Below, piece after piece: positions 1 through 8,338 of a DNA stretch of 52,865 nucleotides. The notes beneath the pieces are model-generated. The model searched no databases. It was not told where the DNA came from and saw nothing but the letters and a program-made list of their open reading frames with translations. Source of the stretch: a virus (lineage: Duplodnaviria > Caudoviricetes); IMG/VR virus record IMGVR_UViG_3300043420_002024, positions 1-52,865 of that record, one strand, 5' to 3'. The stretch's first letter is position 1; each line of letters starts with the position of its first letter. The translations under genes and the position numbers were made by a program.

Positions 1-129
1 GCAACAGCAAAAAAAATTATTGATTACAGAAATAAAAACGGGAAATTCCTACATACTGAAGAACTAATTAGAATTGGTGGCGTAGGCAAATCTACTTATG
101 AAGATATAAAAGAGCATATTACATTATGA
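1..129 (+). CDS. ComEA-like helix-hairpin-helix DNA-binding protein, 3' end only (runs off the window)
   Basis: Not in the ORF track. Frame 1 reads ATAKKIIDYRNKNGKFLHTEELIRIGGVGKSTYEDIKEHITL*, matching the ComEA HhH tail (A..II.YR...G.F...EEL..V.GIG......). Its stop overlaps the next ATG (ATGA at 126-129). Confidence 0.8.
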   Translation, partial: ATAKKIIDYRNKNGKFLHTEELIRIGGVGKSTYEDIKEHITL

Positions 130-545
130 ATACTACAGATAGTAAAATACTTATCACCGAAGAAGTTGAAAAACTTATAGATCAACAACAAAAAGCTTTG
201 GGGCGGTTTAAAAAAATAGCAGTTGCAGAAGCATGGAAGTTGCTTCAGTCTATTACGGCATCTATTATACAAATAATAGAAGCTATAGGTAAAGATTTGG
301 AAGGATCTGAAAAAAAATCTTTAGCTATGAATTTCGTTAGTCAGTTTTATGATAGAGTTTTCATTGTTATTGATATTCCATATATACCAAATTTTATACA
401 AGCATATATGCATAGGTATATTAAGGGGTTTTTAATGATTTTAGTTAGCTCTACAATCGATAGTATGGTTACGATTTTTAGAAACACTGGGATCTTTTTA
501 AAGAAAAATACAGAGGTTAAAGATGAATTATACACAGAGTTTTGA
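126..545 (+). CDS. Hypothetical protein with a C-terminal hydrophobic/amphipathic helix
   Basis: 139-aa ORF coupled to the upstream gene; hydrophobic stretch GFLMILVSSTIDSMVTIF. Confidence 0.7.
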   Translation: MNTTDSKILITEEVEKLIDQQQKALGRFKKIAVAEAWKLLQSITASIIQIIEAIGKDLEGSEKKSLAMNFVSQFYDRVFIVIDIPYIPNFIQAYMHRYIKGFLMILVSSTIDSMVTIFRNTGIFLKKNTEVKDELYTEF

Positions 546-912
546 AGAATTTTCTCGATCAAGCACGATAACCGATTTAGCTTTATATGCTGGTATTGGT
601 ATTGTGCTATTTGTATTATTTAAAGACAGGCTAACTCCAATGCAAAAGATGATGCTGGATGTACTAGGGTCTGCCAAAAACACCGTATCAGATTTGGCGA
701 AATACAAACCAGAAAGCAAAGAAGAAGAAGTTGTGGTAAAAGTTGCTGTTCCTAAGTCACCGATTGATCCAAACGATACGTTTTTTCAGCTTGTGGCATC
801 GTGGAAAAAAACTAGAGATTTATCTAAACAACATAAATGTGACGAGGCAACAGAAAAATTGGACGAAGTTTTCCAATACTTATCCCCAAATGTTTGCAAT
901 AAGGGAGAATAG
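523..912 (+). CDS. Hypothetical single-pass membrane protein
   Basis: 129 aa; TM segment LALYAGIGIVLFVLF; GAGG RBS upstream; two Cys near the C-terminus. Confidence 0.75.
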   Translation: MNYTQSFEEFSRSSTITDLALYAGIGIVLFVLFKDRLTPMQKMMLDVLGSAKNTVSDLAKYKPESKEEEVVVKVAVPKSPIDPNDTFFQLVASWKKTRDLSKQHKCDEATEKLDEVFQYLSPNVCNKGE

Positions 913-915
913 TCG

Positions 916-1413
916 ATGAAAAATCAACCTCTTTTAATTATAGCTGGAATTTTAATTGTTATTGGGTTCTTTAAGCCAGATTTATCTAGCATTATACCCA
1001 ATAATTCTCCAGTAGTTGTCAATCCGTCAGTTGAATTTAATGAGCCTACAAACCCTAAACTTTTAAGTGAAGCGGATAAAATAACCGCTATACTTCGAGA
1101 AGGGGATGGAGACCAAAAAGAAGATGGTATGAAATTAGCTACTTTATATCAAGACATAGCTCAATTAATTAGTTTAGATGGAGATGGGTCTATAGTAAAA
1201 ACTACGAGTGAAATAAGAGAAGTAAATAGCGTAGCAGGCACTCTTATAAATGCAAAACTAAAAGGCAAATACCCTAACCTTGCATCAACAGCCAAAGGAT
1301 TAGTAGTAAGCGCGCTTGGTGATGATGTTGCTGTGCTAAATGATGAAAACAGAAAAAGTGCAGTAGAAGCATTTGAAGCCCTTGCATGGGGCTGTTATAT
1401 GGGAGCTAAATAA
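916..1413 (+). CDS. Hypothetical secreted or membrane-anchored helical protein
   Basis: 165 aa; N-terminal MKNQPLLIIAGILIVIGFF signal/anchor followed by a Pro-rich linker; GGGAG RBS. Confidence 0.75.
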   Translation: MKNQPLLIIAGILIVIGFFKPDLSSIIPNNSPVVVNPSVEFNEPTNPKLLSEADKITAILREGDGDQKEDGMKLATLYQDIAQLISLDGDGSIVKTTSEIREVNSVAGTLINAKLKGKYPNLASTAKGLVVSALGDDVAVLNDENRKSAVEAFEALAWGCYMGAK

Positions 1414-1414
1414 A

Positions 1415-2344
1415 ATGGCTAGACTAACACCTAATGGTTTATATGACGCTTATAATAAAGGCTTACAAGGATGCTTGTGGGAAGAGCATATTTTTAAGGA
1501 ACTTATTGAAACGTCCAAATATCCATACTTTGGAGATGGAGCATCAAAGATTGTGGGAAGCGGTAAGGATAAACTATCTCTTCCGTTTAAAAGTGTTCTT
1601 GATTTTGATAAGAAAGCATATACAGAACGACAAACTACAGGAGATTGTGTTTCGCACTCAACCCGCAATGCCTTAGATTTAAGTCGGGCCATAGAAATTG
1701 CAGTAAAAGGAGAAAGAGAAGGTTGGCACTCTCGTAGTGCCACAGAAGCTATTTACGGGGCTCGTGGACACGGTGGCCAAGGAATGAGTTGTTCCAGAGC
1801 GGCTGCTTTTATTAGTGAAAATGGGGGTATTGTACTTCGTAAAAATTATCCCGGTATTGCTGATTTTAGCACATATAATGGTAATCTGGGTGCTGGATGG
1901 GGCAGTAGAGGATTGCCCGATTCGGTTATAAAAGAAGCGGCAAAACATCAAGTTAAAACCGTATCTTTAATCAAAACAGTAGAGGAAGCCAGAGATGCTC
2001 TTGCAAATGGTTATGGAATTAGTGTATGTTCTGGGCATGGATTTTCTAATACTAGAGATGATAAAGGTATAGCTAGAAAAAGTGGGTCATGGGCACATGC
2101 GATGGCATGGGTAGCGTGTGACGATACTGGAGAAAGACACAAAGAGACTCTATTTTTAGTACAGAATAGTTGGGGTAAATGGAATGGTGGCCCTAAAGTA
2201 CACGGCCAACCAGACGGAAGTTTTTGGATTAGAGAAAAAGATGCTTCAGCTATGTTAAGCGGTAACGGATCTTACGCTTTTAGTAATGTGGACGGATTCC
2301 CTCCTCAAAAACTACCAGATTACGGTTTTGTAGATTATCTGTAA
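1415..2344 (+). CDS. Papain-like (peptidase C1 family) cysteine peptidase, catalytically intact
   Basis: Oxyanion Gln and catalytic Cys (RQTTGDCVSH), His (WAHAM), Asn (QNSWG), later GSFWI motif. ATG at 1415 preferred over the track start at 1373. Confidence 0.85.
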   Translation: MARLTPNGLYDAYNKGLQGCLWEEHIFKELIETSKYPYFGDGASKIVGSGKDKLSLPFKSVLDFDKKAYTERQTTGDCVSHSTRNALDLSRAIEIAVKGEREGWHSRSATEAIYGARGHGGQGMSCSRAAAFISENGGIVLRKNYPGIADFSTYNGNLGAGWGSRGLPDSVIKEAAKHQVKTVSLIKTVEEARDALANGYGISVCSGHGFSNTRDDKGIARKSGSWAHAMAWVACDDTGERHKETLFLVQNSWGKWNGGPKVHGQPDGSFWIREKDASAMLSGNGSYAFSNVDGFPPQKLPDYGFVDYL

Positions 2345-2358
2345 GGAGTAGTCTTATC

Positions 2359-2535
2359 ATGAATTTTTTAGACAAAATAGCGTTTAATAGATTAGTCTCA
2401 ATAATAGCTAATTTCATATTAAGCATAATGAAATTACTCAATGTCAAAGGCGTTGATAATATAGAAATTGATACAAAGCCTGATCGAAGAAGAATATTTC
2501 CAATATTTAAAAGGAAGAAAAATGAAACCAAATAG
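2359..2535 (+). CDS. Small 58-aa amphipathic protein with a basic C-terminus
   Basis: Not in the ORF track. AGGAG RBS at 2344-2348; reads MNFLDKIAFNRLVSIIANFILSIMKLLNVKGVDNIEIDTKPDRRRIFPIFKRKKNETK*; fills the gap between neighbours. Confidence 0.7.
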   Translation: MNFLDKIAFNRLVSIIANFILSIMKLLNVKGVDNIEIDTKPDRRRIFPIFKRKKNETK

Positions 2536-2845
2536 TTTATTGATCTTAGCTGTAATGGGAAGCGTAGCATTAATAGAATTCCAGCCTTCTTCTATCAGTG
2601 CAGTAAGTCTCATAGGTGGTGTTATAAAGGCTAGACATGAAATAACAGAAGAGGCCAAATATCCAAGAAACGAATGCCCGGTCTGTAAAGGAAAAGGCTG
2701 GTATATCAGTGGAGACGGTATTGAAAAAGTAGAATGCGGCTATTGCGAACCTGCCAAAGAAGAACCAAAAGAGCCAGAAACCAATCAACAAACAGATACA
2801 GTAGAACCAAAACTTGTTCCAATTAAAACTTTCTTTTTAGATTAA
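2522..2845 (+). CDS. Secreted/anchored protein with a CxxC...CxxC (DnaJ-type CxxCxGxG) zinc motif
   Basis: ATG at 2522 (MKPNSLLILAVMGSVALI, signal-like); ECPVCKGKGW...ECGYCEP. Confidence 0.7.
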   Translation: MKPNSLLILAVMGSVALIEFQPSSISAVSLIGGVIKARHEITEEAKYPRNECPVCKGKGWYISGDGIEKVECGYCEPAKEEPKEPETNQQTDTVEPKLVPIKTFFLD

Positions 2846-2850
2846 AAACA

Positions 2851-3246
2851 ATGAATGAAACACTAAATATTTTAGCCAAAGATATACAAAAAAAAATACT
2901 GTCTGAAGTTAAAGAAAAAGATATCTATGGTATAGACCCTATTACAATCATACTGATTATAGGAGTAATAGTCAATATTATTAGGGTTATACAAGAATGC
3001 AACAAAAAAGAAATTAATAAAATGGAAAGTTCAGAAAAAGTAGACTTATTAAGTACAGAAGTAAAGTTTAGGTCTGCACACAATAGTTTTTTGACAAGGT
3101 GGCGATTAAAGTCTATAATAAAAAGTCATTTAGATAAGAAACAGTACAGAGTATATGGAGAGCCGATGCTAAAAGCATTGTTAGAGGCAGGGAAGAGTAT
3201 TACAACAAAACAAGTAATAGCAATTATGGAGTATGACAATGTTTAA
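2851..3246 (+). CDS. Hypothetical membrane protein
   Basis: 131 aa; TM segment IDPITIILIIGVIVNIIRVIQEC. Confidence 0.75.
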   Translation: MNETLNILAKDIQKKILSEVKEKDIYGIDPITIILIIGVIVNIIRVIQECNKKEINKMESSEKVDLLSTEVKFRSAHNSFLTRWRLKSIIKSHLDKKQYRVYGEPMLKALLEAGKSITTKQVIAIMEYDNV

Positions 3247-3490
3247 TATAATAGTATGGTGTGTTTATGGTATTTTTGTTGGATCTATAGCTAAAAGTAT
3301 TATTCCTGGTGAAGAAAATTTTGGTTTTGTTAAAACCGTAGCTTTGGGAGTAATCGGATCTTATACGGGCGGTGCTATTTTGTATATTCTAGGACAATAC
3401 GATAGCTTATCTCCTGCTGGTTTATTTATGGGTGTAGCAGGCTCATGCGTTGCTCTTGTCTTATACAATAAAGTGCTTTTAAAAAATTAA
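3233..3490 (+). CDS. GlsB/YeaQ/YmgE (transglycosylase-associated) family membrane protein
   Basis: 85 aa, three TM helices; W...G...G.IAK.IIPG...G...T.ALGVIGS..GG pattern. True start may be 3239. Confidence 0.8.
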   Translation: MTMFNIIVWCVYGIFVGSIAKSIIPGEENFGFVKTVALGVIGSYTGGAILYILGQYDSLSPAGLFMGVAGSCVALVLYNKVLLKN

Positions 3491-3493
3491 TTC

Positions 3494-3521
3494 TTGACAA
3501 GAGCATAGGATGTTTAATAAT
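3494..3521 (+). promoter_or_regulatory. Sigma70-like promoter TTGACA-N16-AATAAT
   Basis: Intergenic, upstream of the FmdB-like gene; same architecture as the sites at 18529 and 34527. Confidence 0.55.
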
Positions 3522-3541
3522 AGGACTAAAGGAACCAATCA

Positions 3542-3883
3542 ATGCCAAACTATACTTTTTTTTGCGAATCTTGCTCGAACAAGTTCGAGATTTTTTTAAC
3601 CATTAAGGAATATAAAGAGCATCCAAAATGTTCTTTGTGCGAATCAAAAAAAACTTATCGATCTTATCAAGACGATATTTGTACCGGCTTCGTAAAAAAA
3701 ACAGACGCTGAATTGTCTACTATAGGAGACTTAGCAAATAGAAATAGAGACAGGATGAGTGACGACCAAAAGCAAAGTCTGTATGTAAAACATAATGAAT
3801 ATAAAGACTCTGCTTTTCAAAAAGAACTACCTTCTGGTATGTCTAGAATGAAAAAACCCAAACAGAAAACAAAATGGTACTAA
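3542..3883 (+). CDS. FmdB-family zinc-ribbon protein
   Basis: MPNYTFFCESCSNKFE...CSLCES matches the MP.Y.Y.C..C...FE...CP.C FmdB signature. Confidence 0.8.
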   Translation: MPNYTFFCESCSNKFEIFLTIKEYKEHPKCSLCESKKTYRSYQDDICTGFVKKTDAELSTIGDLANRNRDRMSDDQKQSLYVKHNEYKDSAFQKELPSGMSRMKKPKQKTKWY

Positions 3884-3885
3884 TT

Positions 3886-4281
3886 ATGAGTAACGAATTT
3901 ATTTTTAAGAATACAAGCAGATATCCTTTAGAAGGAGAAAGCCAAGAATTGCTTTACACTATTTCGGGATTTGAATCAGAGACAGACGAAAATGGAGTGC
4001 CGTTGATTACAGACCAAAAAAATGACGACAAGGTTTTTGCAAAAAAAATCATAAAACAAAATGGCTCAACAAAATACTTAATTAGGTTTAACAAAGATGG
4101 CAAAATGTACAATCCAGCATCTATGTATGACGATAAAAAAAACACTTTTTTTCTTGATAATATTACTAGATCAAGTAAAGAATTTAAGGAAGTAAGCTAT
4201 AGAGTTTTTGACATGTATGTAAAGTTTTTGAAGACTAAAAATACAGCATGGCTAAGCAATGCAGAAAGAGAGTCCGAATAA
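3886..4281 (+). CDS. Hypothetical phage protein
   Basis: Uninterrupted ORF between coupled neighbours; ATG at 3886 preferred. Confidence 0.7.
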   Translation: MSNEFIFKNTSRYPLEGESQELLYTISGFESETDENGVPLITDQKNDDKVFAKKIIKQNGSTKYLIRFNKDGKMYNPASMYDDKKNTFFLDNITRSSKEFKEVSYRVFDMYVKFLKTKNTAWLSNAERESE

Positions 4282-4622
4282 TGCCAAGACTAAGTACTGC
4301 TCAAAAATATGCAATAATGTGGTTAAAGCAACAAAATCAAACAGACGAAAACATTGCTAGCGAATTGAATATTACTGAAAAACAAGTTGCTAATCATCTA
4401 TCTAAAAATAAAAAAAATTTGCCAGAAAATTCTAGCGACAAAAATACAAACACCACAATTACTTCAAAAGATATGATGATCAGAGCAACATCAGTTAAAG
4501 GAGATAAAAACGTAGCTATCATGACAAAAGAAGCGTCGGAAATGAACGATGCTTTCAAAAAAAATCAGACAGAAACTTCTCATAACCCAAGTAAAAAATC
4601 AGCAATACATAAAATATCATGA
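4281..4622 (+). CDS. Hypothetical protein with an N-terminal helix-turn-helix
   Basis: LSTAQKYAI...ENIASELNITEKQVANHL is HTH-like; TAATG overlap with the upstream gene. Confidence 0.6.
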   Translation: MPRLSTAQKYAIMWLKQQNQTDENIASELNITEKQVANHLSKNKKNLPENSSDKNTNTTITSKDMMIRATSVKGDKNVAIMTKEASEMNDAFKKNQTETSHNPSKKSAIHKIS

Positions 4623-5008
4623 AAAAAAATAATACGCTTACAGTAGACGCAGATAAAATAGAGACCTTAATATCTGTCTTACAGAGCATGTTGTCTCCTT
4701 CAGAAGACACTACAGATAGTGTTGTTAAAGAAAAGCCCAAGAAAAATAGAAAACGAACAACAAATAATATTCAGACCAAAACCCCTATCAATAAGTTTGA
4801 TAGTATGTCAGAAAAGCATATGCATAAAAATGATGTGCTTATAGACAAAAAATTAAATAGACTACCTCCCGTACCAAGAACAAGAAGTTTTGCAATGATT
4901 GATGTGCGATGTAGGGTGTGCGGAAAAGAAGAAGAGATTAGCCCAGCGTTATTAGTAGAATCTAAAGATCGATATAAATGTAATAAATGTTCTAGTTCAG
5001 CCGGATAG
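4619..5008 (+). CDS. Hypothetical protein with a C-terminal zinc ribbon
   Basis: CRVCGK...YKCNKC at the C-terminus; ATGA coupling. Confidence 0.7.
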   Translation: MKKNNTLTVDADKIETLISVLQSMLSPSEDTTDSVVKEKPKKNRKRTTNNIQTKTPINKFDSMSEKHMHKNDVLIDKKLNRLPPVPRTRSFAMIDVRCRVCGKEEEISPALLVESKDRYKCNKCSSSAG

Positions 5009-5011
5009 TAT

Positions 5012-6778
5012 ATGATCTCATTATCTCCAAAAGAACTGTTTGTAAAATTTTCTAACGATTATTGTGACACTAATATCACTTGGGGTAAAAGGCGTTTGTT
5101 ATGGGGAAAAGGAGCCTCTTATGATATCGACGGCTTCAGTATTTTACTTAAATCTTTACCACATTCTTGTTTTAGTCACTATGTTAGAAATATCGACAAA
5201 AGCTCTAATGATGAATATAAAACAAGATTTAGTGATTTCGTTGGCAGCGGCTCTGGCAAAATAGCTTTGCCATATAAGTTTTTACAAATATTAGACCCAA
5301 AAGCTTATACAGAAATTCAACAGGATCAATATGCTGGTGTTGCACACGCTGTTAGAAATACCTGTGATTTAAGTAGGGCTTGTTATATATTTTGGAAAAA
5401 CAGAAAAACAGAAAATCATAATTTTTATGAATGGGAAGCCAGAGGAGCAATAGAACCTATTTATCATTATGCTCATAATTCTTTAGCCAAAGCCCTATTT
5501 TTTATAGGTCCAAATTATATGCCTTCATTTCGAGGTAGTAAAAGAGGTAACGGATGTTCTGATGCGTACAGCCAATTAGAATGTCTTCCTGAGTTGTGGG
5601 GCGCTAGTTATAGTTGTCAATGCCCTCCTAATCAACAGTGTCCACCAGCAGAAAAGATATGTGACATAGAATTGTGTTGTATCCCAGCCGAAGGAACGGA
5701 ATCTTGTAGAGAAAGATCTGATTATGGAGGATGCTACGATAAAGCAAATTGTGCTAACGAAATTTTTCCAGAACAAACTGGAATATTTTTAAATAATAAT
5801 AGCAACTTAAGTATACATGCAGGCTATTTTGTTCGTAAGTCTTATAGCGGGTATGGCAATTTTATCAATAATGGAGATTATTTTGGTACACAAGATGATA
5901 GTATTTTTCTAAAATTTGCTCAATTGAACAATCTCATGAATTATATTCAACCTTTCTATGACAGAGAAATTTCAAATTTTCCAATATATAAAGGGTTGAA
6001 TCTTGATTTTTCTCCCCCGATTAAAAGAGTTCAGAATGTTACTATGGTTTCCACAGTAGAGCAAGTAAAAGATTTCTTGTATAACGGATACGGAATAGTA
6101 CTTAGTACGAATGTAGGATTTTCTGATAAAAGAGATTCAATAGGCATTTCTTATCCAGATAGGCTGTGGTATCATACTCTCTCAATCATAGGATATGATG
6201 ACACAAAAAGAATATATCCAGAAGGACTATATCTAATAGCAAATTCTTGGGGAAACTGGAATTATGGTGGGCAACCGGATTGGGGGCCAATACCAGAAGG
6301 ATCGTTTCTGATTACAGAATCACATTTAAGATGCATATTGAATCAATTCCCGCCTGTTCACAAATATAAAGACTGCAATGAGGTAGATTTTAAACCGTGT
6401 CGAATGCTAGACCTAGAAGACATAAACCAAAGATTTAATACTCCTCCAACAACAATCGTTGAGGCTATTGGTACTGCTGGAGACGGGTTTTATTTGTATG
6501 ACGCAGACAGAAGCGATAGAATAAGATGGATCAGACTAGACTGTAACAACAAACAAATAAGATACTTATCACAAAATAGATGCAATCAGGCAATAAAAAA
6601 AGAGCTAGTAGATACAAATGCTTGCGGAGATAATTGTGAACCGTTAGGAGATTGTGATTATACTCAATGCGGACCAAATCAGTCTCCTTGGGGAATAGCG
6701 TTTGTTATTTCTTTTGATGACGACCCTCCATATTACAGAAAAGATTTTAACTATAACCAATTTTTTGTGCCCAGATAA
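5012..6778 (+). CDS. C1-peptidase paralog with Cys-rich insertions; catalytic Cys replaced by Gly (probable pseudo-peptidase)
   Basis: Aligns by eye with 1415-2344 (VGSG..K..LP.K, KAYTE.Q, RN..DLSRA, NGYGI, W.H, NSWG.WN.G, P.GSF); DCVSH corresponds to AGVAH. Confidence 0.8.
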   Translation: MISLSPKELFVKFSNDYCDTNITWGKRRLLWGKGASYDIDGFSILLKSLPHSCFSHYVRNIDKSSNDEYKTRFSDFVGSGSGKIALPYKFLQILDPKAYTEIQQDQYAGVAHAVRNTCDLSRACYIFWKNRKTENHNFYEWEARGAIEPIYHYAHNSLAKALFFIGPNYMPSFRGSKRGNGCSDAYSQLECLPELWGASYSCQCPPNQQCPPAEKICDIELCCIPAEGTESCRERSDYGGCYDKANCANEIFPEQTGIFLNNNSNLSIHAGYFVRKSYSGYGNFINNGDYFGTQDDSIFLKFAQLNNLMNYIQPFYDREISNFPIYKGLNLDFSPPIKRVQNVTMVSTVEQVKDFLYNGYGIVLSTNVGFSDKRDSIGISYPDRLWYHTLSIIGYDDTKRIYPEGLYLIANSWGNWNYGGQPDWGPIPEGSFLITESHLRCILNQFPPVHKYKDCNEVDFKPCRMLDLEDINQRFNTPPTTIVEAIGTAGDGFYLYDADRSDRIRWIRLDCNNKQIRYLSQNRCNQAIKKELVDTNACGDNCEPLGDCDYTQCGPNQSPWGIAFVISFDDDPPYYRKDFNYNQFFVPR

Positions 6779-6791
6779 AAGGATTTAGAAA

Positions 6792-7418
6792 ATGAAAATA
6801 GCATATTGTATTACTGTATGTAATGAATATTTAGAAATACAAAAATTGATAAACCATATGATAAAATATGTGAATCTAAATGAAGACGAAATTATTGTTT
6901 TATGTGACTCCACAAAAACTAATGAAAAAGTAATAGGGTTTTGCAAATATTGTTCAGACACATATGGTATTAATTTTGTTTTAGATGAATTTCAAAATCA
7001 TTTCTCTGATTGGAAAAACAAATTCAAAACACTATCTAAAAGCGACTACATTTTTCAAATAGATGCAGACGAACTCCCCAACCCATTCCTGCTACACAAT
7101 TTAAAAACTCTACTAACAAATAACGCTAATATAGAATTGTTTTGGATTCCAAGAGAAAACTATGTTGACGGTATAACAGAAGAGCATATAATAAAATGGA
7201 AGATGACATTGGATGACAAATCTAGAATCAATTTTCCAGACTATCAAGCTAGATTGTTTAAGAATAAACCAAAAATAAAATGGGTAAACAAAGTACACGA
7301 AATTATTTCTGGCACAGACAACCAAGCTGCTTTACCTCCAGAAGAACAGTTTTCACTACTACACACAAAAAGTATTGATAAACAAGAACAGCAAAATAAT
7401 TATTACGATACCTTATGA
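6792..7418 (+). CDS. Glycosyltransferase family 2
   Basis: IAYCITVCNE start, IFQIDADE DxD motif, PDYQARLF...W..KVHE tail. Confidence 0.85.
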   Translation: MKIAYCITVCNEYLEIQKLINHMIKYVNLNEDEIIVLCDSTKTNEKVIGFCKYCSDTYGINFVLDEFQNHFSDWKNKFKTLSKSDYIFQIDADELPNPFLLHNLKTLLTNNANIELFWIPRENYVDGITEEHIIKWKMTLDDKSRINFPDYQARLFKNKPKIKWVNKVHEIISGTDNQAALPPEEQFSLLHTKSIDKQEQQNNYYDTL

Positions 7419-8338
7419 AAATATTAATTACTGGCGGTAGCGGAATGTTGGGTAGACATCTACAAGAAAATATTCCATATGCTCTTTTTCCAACAAGCCA
7501 AGAACTTAATTTATTAGACATCAACAATATTAATGAGTATCTAATAACACATAAGCCAGACATCATAGTTCACGCAGCAGCAAAAGTTGGCGGAATATCT
7601 GATAATATTGCTCATCCGTATGATTTTTTTGAAAAAAACGTATCAATAAACACGAACATAATTAGTTGTTGCGTAAAACACAAAATAAAAAAATTAATAG
7701 GAATATCTAGTACATGTGCATATCCAGATATTGTTGATAAATATCCTATGATAGAATCTGATTTACATTCAGGAAAACCTTCTGATACTAATTTAGCATA
7801 TAGTTACGCAAAGAGAATGATGTGTGTTCAAATTGACGCCGCAAATAAACAGTATAATACTGGATATAATTACATCATACCTTGCAACTTATATAGCGAA
7901 TATGATTTTCTTCATAATGAAACAAAAATGCATTTTATAACAGCTTTAATTTACAAGATAGTACTAGCCGAAAAGAATAAAGATAGGCATATTACTCTTT
8001 TTGGTTCTGGCAGACCAATGAGACAGTTTATGTACGCTGGAGACCTATCTCGGATAATTAAATTAATAATTGATCAAAACATATCTGCAAATATGAACAT
8101 TGCTCCTCCACATAGCAATCTTACTATAGACTATATGGCAAAAACAATACTAGACATATTAGATAAAAAAAATTGGAAAATTGAATATGACCAATCCAAA
8201 CCAGACGGGCAATATAGAAAAGATGTTTCTAACGAATTAATGGAATCTTATATACCGAATTTTAATTTTACTACTTTTCAAAAAACGATACCAAGGATAT
8301 ACAATCAATATGTTACGCAAATGGGCACTAAAAACTAA
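7415..8338 (+). CDS. fcl: GDP-L-fucose synthase-like epimerase/reductase (Fcl/WcaG/ColC family)
   Basis: GGSGMLG Rossmann motif, HAAAKVGGI, SSTCAYP, YSYAKR, G.P.RQF, KPDGQYRK. Confidence 0.85.
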   Translation: MKILITGGSGMLGRHLQENIPYALFPTSQELNLLDINNINEYLITHKPDIIVHAAAKVGGISDNIAHPYDFFEKNVSINTNIISCCVKHKIKKLIGISSTCAYPDIVDKYPMIESDLHSGKPSDTNLAYSYAKRMMCVQIDAANKQYNTGYNYIIPCNLYSEYDFLHNETKMHFITALIYKIVLAEKNKDRHITLFGSGRPMRQFMYAGDLSRIIKLIIDQNISANMNIAPPHSNLTIDYMAKTILDILDKKNWKIEYDQSKPDGQYRKDVSNELMESYIPNFNFTTFQKTIPRIYNQYVTQMGTKN

